Both the position numbers and the translations under genes were made by a program. Under the pieces are notes generated by a model, which had not been told where the DNA came from, made no database searches, and saw nothing but the letters and a program-made list of their open reading frames with translations. A stretch of 33,651 nt of DNA from Candidatus Altarchaeum sp. (GTDB lineage: Archaea > Altiarchaeota > Altiarchaeia > Altiarchaeales > Altiarchaeaceae), in assembly GCA_018260615.1 (NCBI GenBank), contig JAGWDQ010000101.1, positions 1 to 33,651 on the forward strand, written 5' to 3'. Below are positions 28,989 to 33,651 of this stretch, piece after piece (position 1 is the first letter of the stretch; each line of letters begins with the position of its first letter).

Positions 28989-30897
28989 AAACATAATTAA
29001 AGGAAGAGAATACAAGGAAATTGCAGATATACTTAATGCAATTAAGATAGATAAAAAAGCGGCAAAAGAAATAGTTGAAATTTTTATAAAAAATAATTTA
29101 TTGCTCACCACGCATGCTTATGAGTATATTTTAAAGAATAAAATTTATGAGAGGGGATGCATAGAAGACATCCTGAAAATTGCCAAAGATAACGAAACAA
29201 ACATAGTTACGGAAGAATTTATTATTGAATTCTGCATAAAAAAAGAGGAAAAAGCGGATGAACGAGGTGAAAAATTTAAAGGAGAGGTGAAAAAAAAAGC
29301 AGATGAGAAAAAAGAGGAACCGGAAAAAACAGCGAATAAAGAAGAAACAAATAAAGAAAAAGACATAAGTGAAGAGAGTAAAAACAAAGAAGAAAAAACC
29401 GGAGAAGAATTGAAAGTAAAAGGAAAAAAAGCGGATGAGCAAGGTGAAAAATTTAAAGAAGGGGCGGAAGCAGGAGAAGAAGAGGAAGATATAAGTGAGA
29501 GTGAAGAAAAAATTGAAGAAAAATTTAAAGAAGAGGTGAAGGAAAGAGCAGATGAGAAAAAAGCGGAACCGGAAAAAACAGCGAATAAAGAAGAAAAAAC
29601 CAGAGAAGAATTGAAAGTAAAAGAAGAAAGAGAAGAGCAGCATAAAGAGCAACCCAAAGAAAATAAACGACTCGCAATTAAACCAAATTTTAAAATTTTG
29701 GACTACAACATTGCAAGTGATGGAAAAATTTCCGACTTTACCTCATATTTTCAGGACAAGTATAAAATTTTGAGTTCGGTTATCAGAAGGAGAATTGAGT
29801 ACAGAGATGCCACTGATATATGCAAAATAAATGAAGGAGATGAATGTTGTCTCATAGGAATGATAAGCGATAAATTTGAGAATAAGCAGTATGGGCTAAC
29901 ACTGACAATAGAGGACTTAACGGGAAATGTGAGGATAATCCCTGATAAAAGTAAGCTCTCACCCGATGCGGAGAAAGTCATAACGGGCCTGGTGTATGAT
30001 GAAGTAATCGGGGTGAAGGGAAAGATTGCAAAAAGCAGTAAAACAATGTATGTATCTGGTATTGTAGAACCGGATGTTCCTTATGATATTGTTCCGAATA
30101 AAGCAGAGGAAGAAATTTATGCGGTATTTACATCTGATTTTCATATAGGAAGTATTTTATTTTTACAAAAGGAATTTGAAAATTTTTTAGAATGGCTCAA
30201 TTTAAGGAGGAATCGTCTTGACATCGCAGAAAAAGTAAAATATGTCCTGATTGCAGGAGATATTGTTGATGGTGTCGGTGTGTATCCTCGTCAGGATAAA
30301 GAGTTAGCGTTATCTGACATTTATAAGCAATATGATTTTGCAGCGGAGTTAATAAGCAGGATTCCGGAAGACATTGAAATAATAATCTCTCCGGGAAATC
30401 ACGATGCTGTCCGGATTGCCGAACCGCAGCCGGCAATAACTAAGAAATTTGCACCGAAATTATATAATATGAAAAATGTCCATTTGGTTAAAAATCCCGC
30501 TTATGTAAATCTTGAAGGTGTTAATGTTTTAATGTATCACGGAGAGGCGCTGGATAATTTAATACGGGCAATTCCGGGATTGTCGTATTCATCGCCTGAA
30601 AAAGGGATGAAGGAATTTTTGAAGAAAAGGCATCTTTCTCCCATTTATGCGGATATATTTCCGTCTGAGAAGGACAATCTAGCTATTAAAGATGTTCCGG
30701 ATGTTATTCACAGCGGACATGTACACGCGATAGGGTATAATAACTACAGAGGCGTTCATTTGGTAAATTCAGGGTGTTTTCAGGGCAGAACAAAATTTCA
30801 GGAAGAAATGGGGCATATTCCCACACCTTCAAAGGTTCCGGTGATGAATTTAAAAACACATAATATAACTATACTGGATTTCGGAGAAAATAAATAA
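28981..30897 (+). CDS. polB: DNA polymerase D small subunit DP1 (3'-5' exonuclease)
   Basis: OB-fold region, then SDFHIGS, AGDIVDGVGVYP, PGNHDA, MYHGE, HSGHVH, QGRTKFQ. ATG at 28981 overlaps the PPC stop. Confidence 0.95.
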   Translation: MSENIIKGREYKEIADILNAIKIDKKAAKEIVEIFIKNNLLLTTHAYEYILKNKIYERGCIEDILKIAKDNETNIVTEEFIIEFCIKKEEKADERGEKFKGEVKKKADEKKEEPEKTANKEETNKEKDISEESKNKEEKTGEELKVKGKKADEQGEKFKEGAEAGEEEEDISESEEKIEEKFKEEVKERADEKKAEPEKTANKEEKTREELKVKEEREEQHKEQPKENKRLAIKPNFKILDYNIASDGKISDFTSYFQDKYKILSSVIRRRIEYRDATDICKINEGDECCLIGMISDKFENKQYGLTLTIEDLTGNVRIIPDKSKLSPDAEKVITGLVYDEVIGVKGKIAKSSKTMYVSGIVEPDVPYDIVPNKAEEEIYAVFTSDFHIGSILFLQKEFENFLEWLNLRRNRLDIAEKVKYVLIAGDIVDGVGVYPRQDKELALSDIYKQYDFAAELISRIPEDIEIIISPGNHDAVRIAEPQPAITKKFAPKLYNMKNVHLVKNPAYVNLEGVNVLMYHGEALDNLIRAIPGLSYSSPEKGMKEFLKKRHLSPIYADIFPSEKDNLAIKDVPDVIHSGHVHAIGYNNYRGVHLVNSGCFQGRTKFQEEMGHIPTPSKVPVMNLKTHNITILDFGENK

Positions 30898-30910
30898 ATT
30901 TAGAATAATA

Positions 30911-31139
30911 CTCACACAAAGCCATTTTCAAATCGCAGAGATTTGAAAATCTCCGAACGATTTCCAAAATACTGAAACCTTCGGTTTCAATCTTTAAAAA
31001 ATCTGCGAGATTTTTTAAATCGCAGAGATTTTGAAAATACACGAACGAAGTGAGCGTAAGTGAGGTGACAGTGTCTAACTCCCTTTGTGTCTCCGTGTCT
31101 CGGTGTGAGAAACCAATGAAAAACAATACTTTATAGAAT
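30911..31139 (+). repeat. backbone element carrying a 144-bp hairpin insert (30925-31068)
   Basis: ctcacacaaagcca | ttttcaaatc...gaggtga | cagtgtctaactccctttgtgtctccgtgtctcggtgtgag; removing the insert gives the 19890-19961 backbone junction gcca-c(a/g)gtgtctaac. Confidence 0.88.
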
Positions 31140-31203
31140 GAGCAAATAAATTTAAAAATAAATTTAATAAATTTTTGAAATTTTATAACGAATAAATTTT
31201 AAG

Positions 31204-32268
31204 ATGTACCTTATTGTCGGCTTTGACCCCGGCACAAGTGTCGGAATCGGAATAATAAATTTTAACTGTGAGGTTGTTGATTTATTCAGCGGCAAGAATA
31301 TGGGAATAAATGAAGTAGTTGCACACATCAGACAATTCGGCACGGTTGTCTTAATTGCTTCCGATGTTGACCACATACCTTATACTCTTTATAAAGTTGC
31401 CACCGCGCTGAATGCAAAAATTTTTATCCCTGAGAATTCAATAAGTGTTTCCGAGAAGGTATTCCTGACGAGAAATGTAAAATATCATGATGCACATCAG
31501 CGCGATTCGTTATCCGCTGCACTTTACGCATACAAAAGGTATAAAAATTTATTTGAAAAGATAAAAAATCTGGGTTACGGGGATGATGTAAAGGCATTAG
31601 TAATCAGGGGAAAATCACTGGCAGAGGCAATTGCTGAAACATCTGCCGAATCTGTTCAAATAGACGAAATTATTCACCCTTTGGACATTTCAAAGACAGA
31701 TATTGAAATAAGCAAAGAAAAAGTTTCAGACCTAAAAGAGCACCTGCGAATATTAGAAAAAGCCAACAAAATTTTGAAAACACAAATTAAGACAAAGGAT
31801 GCAGAAACAGAAAATTTAAAAAATAATATTAAATCGCTTGAAAGAGAGATGAAATTTAAATCGGAAAAGTCAGTCAGAGCAGAAGAAAAATTTGAAAAGA
31901 TGGCAATGGAAATTTCGCTTAAAGGCATTACAGGGCAGATAAAAAATGCGGAAGAAGTAATCAAAGACCTTGAAAATTTTTATGAAAGAGTAGGTAAAGA
32001 AGAAATTTATTTAGTTGGAAATTATCCTGAAATTTTTAACGGACTGACTTATGTTGATAAACATAGTGTTGTTAAGACCTCGGATGTGAGCAGAATAGAA
32101 ATTGCTTTTACTGAGAAAAAAATAAGTAACTGCAAAAATGTCTCCCCGCAAAAACTGAAAAAAATTTCAAATATTTATTATATTGAACGACTGAATTTGG
32201 AAGATGTAAAGGCAGGCGGTGATGTTGAAAGTATTATTAAAGAATACAGGAAGGCGAGAATGTTGTAA
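31204..32268 (+). CDS. DUF460 domain protein (RNase H-like fold plus coiled coil)
   Basis: IVGFDPGTSVGIGI, LIASDV, HQRDSLSAA, then a heptad-rich region. Confidence 0.88.
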   Translation: MYLIVGFDPGTSVGIGIINFNCEVVDLFSGKNMGINEVVAHIRQFGTVVLIASDVDHIPYTLYKVATALNAKIFIPENSISVSEKVFLTRNVKYHDAHQRDSLSAALYAYKRYKNLFEKIKNLGYGDDVKALVIRGKSLAEAIAETSAESVQIDEIIHPLDISKTDIEISKEKVSDLKEHLRILEKANKILKTQIKTKDAETENLKNNIKSLEREMKFKSEKSVRAEEKFEKMAMEISLKGITGQIKNAEEVIKDLENFYERVGKEEIYLVGNYPEIFNGLTYVDKHSVVKTSDVSRIEIAFTEKKISNCKNVSPQKLKKISNIYYIERLNLEDVKAGGDVESIIKEYRKARML

Positions 32269-32343
32269 TACTCTCACTCTGTGTGACTTCTTAAATTTTG
32301 GTGAATTATTGTTTCTGAAAATAAATTTTTAGTATGTGTTAAA

Positions 32344-33453
32344 ATGCAACCAATCATAAAAATAAAAGAAGGTGATATTGAAATTTCAATTCCCGAAAAT
32401 GAAAAACTTTCAGGCAAAATCCCGTTCTTCAATCCCGTGATGAAATTTAACAGGGACTTTACAATAGCCATCGCAAAAATTTTTAAGGTCCGACGATTTC
32501 TTGACGGATTATCTGCCTGCGGAGCACTTTCAATACGGCTGAAAAAAGAGGCGGAGGATATTGAGGTTCATTCCAATGAAATAAGTGATGAAACAATAAA
32601 ATTTTTACGGCAAAACAAGGAAGATAATAATGTTGACATCATCATTCACAACAGGGACTTAAATTTATTGCTGAACGAGGATGGAAATTTTGACTTTATT
32701 GATATTGACCCTTTCGGTTCGCCTGTCCGTTTTTTATCCAATGTATTGCTGAATGCCAGGCATAATACAATAATTGGAATTACGGCAACTGATTTGGGAA
32801 CATTGTGCGGAAGATTTGGGGATGCGTGTATCCGAAGATACGGGACATTTTCCTCAAAAACCGGCTTTGACAAGGAATTCGGACTGAGAAATTTAATTGG
32901 TTATGTGGCAAGAGAAGCTGCAAAATACGAAGTCGGAATAGAAATTTTATTTTCATATTACTTCGTGCACTATTTTAAGGTTTATTTCAGAATCAAAAGG
33001 TCAAGGAGATGTGCAGATGAGACATTAAGAAATTTAAATTTTCTTTTATACTGTGACATAAGTATGAGCAGAAAGTATATTGCTTTTGCGGATATAGGTA
33101 CTGAAAATTTTTGCGAGCAACAGCGAGGTGAGTGCGGAAATAAATTTAAAATTTTAGGGCCAATATGGAGTGGTAAATTTGCAGATGAGAATGTTTGTAA
33201 TTTGTTAAGTAACGAAGTCAAAGAGAAAACAGAGCAGAAAATTTTGACACTTGTTAAAGAAGAACAGGAAATACTCGTTCCGTATTATGATTTACATAAA
33301 TTTTGCAAAATTAATCGTTTGCAGATTAAAGGAACAGATGAGATAATAAAAATTGCCAGGGAAAATGGATTAAAATCAACAAGGACACATTTTGATGGAA
33401 CAGGGTTGAGGTTTAACGGAAATGCAGATGAATTACTGAAAATTTTGAAGTGA
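32344..33453 (+). CDS. trm1: tRNA (guanine26-N2)-dimethyltransferase
   Basis: FFNPVMKFNRD, DGLSACGALSIR, DIDPFGSP, ITATDL..LCG, E.GLR.L.G, GPIWSG, YYDLH, RTHF..TG. Confidence 0.95.
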   Translation: MQPIIKIKEGDIEISIPENEKLSGKIPFFNPVMKFNRDFTIAIAKIFKVRRFLDGLSACGALSIRLKKEAEDIEVHSNEISDETIKFLRQNKEDNNVDIIIHNRDLNLLLNEDGNFDFIDIDPFGSPVRFLSNVLLNARHNTIIGITATDLGTLCGRFGDACIRRYGTFSSKTGFDKEFGLRNLIGYVAREAAKYEVGIEILFSYYFVHYFKVYFRIKRSRRCADETLRNLNFLLYCDISMSRKYIAFADIGTENFCEQQRGECGNKFKILGPIWSGKFADENVCNLLSNEVKEKTEQKILTLVKEEQEILVPYYDLHKFCKINRLQIKGTDEIIKIARENGLKSTRTHFDGTGLRFNGNADELLKILK

Positions 33454-33482
33454 CTTATTTCCTTATTAAAAAATAAAAAATG

Positions 33483-33651
33483 CTCACACAAAGCCACAAA
33501 GTCACAGAGTATTTTAAAATCAATAGATTTTAAAAGATTGAAAACTTTGGTTTTCAGTATTTAAAAATGCATTGCATTTTTAAAGATTGAAACCGAAGGT
33601 TTCAGTATTTAAAAAATCTCACAGATTTTTTAAAGATTGAAAATTCTCAAA
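33483..33651 (+). repeat. backbone element with alternating hairpin array (runs off window)
   Basis: ctcacacaaagccacaaagtcacagag, then hairpins ttttaaaatc/gattttaaaa, gaaaac/gttttc, tttaaaaatgc/gcatttttaaa, tgaaacc-gaa-ggtttca, tttaaaaaatc/gattttttaaa. Confidence 0.85.

Noticed and set aside
29131-29657. Two ~170-aa Phe/Ser-rich minus-strand ORFs
   Set aside because: Antisense shadows of the purine-rich DP1 linker.
29240-29670. Intein in DP1
   Set aside because: No N-terminal C/S or C-terminal HN splice motifs; low-complexity sequence only.
30869-31126. 85-aa minus-strand ORF
   Set aside because: Consists of the repeat element read antisense; similar DTETQR peptides arise at 26981-27166.
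32274-32471. Short minus-strand ORFs around trm1 and DUF460
   Set aside because: Antisense overlaps with no recognisable features.
1-33651. tRNA genes and autonomous transposase or integrase
   Set aside because: No cloverleaf or T-loop signature and no recombinase or transposase motifs were seen.

Overview
AT-rich archaeal chromosomal window. TFB-core genes, PolD DP1, Trm1, Bud32, a DUF2072/OapC-type protein and a methanogen-type SerRS are present; by inference this is consistent with Ca. Altiarchaeum (Altiarchaeota). Most of it is housekeeping: argG, bud32, purD, arsA/GET3, amrB, glyA, serS, pyrF, ilvC, a stand-alone 5S rRNA, DP1 and trm1. The standout is the 9.4-16.4 kb accessory block upstream of arsA. 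It holds two genes fusing ~33-aa alpha-helical repeats to a TFB B-linker + cyclin core (no Zn ribbon or B-reader), flanking an ~18-repeat protein of the same family. A diverged membrane-anchored relative lies at 2.8-3.6 kb. The block also carries three copies of the arsA 5' end and a YhdJ/AvaIII-like R-M pair whose endonuclease start reads ATC. A two-tier family of nested hairpin elements sits just downstream of five genes, always co-oriented with the gene. Other features are a duplicated argG 3' end, a frameshifted SEC-C gene followed by an attC-like hairpin, a 1287-aa beta-helix surface protein and a 52-aa membrane microprotein missed by the ORF track. All calls come from reading motifs by eye; no searches were run.
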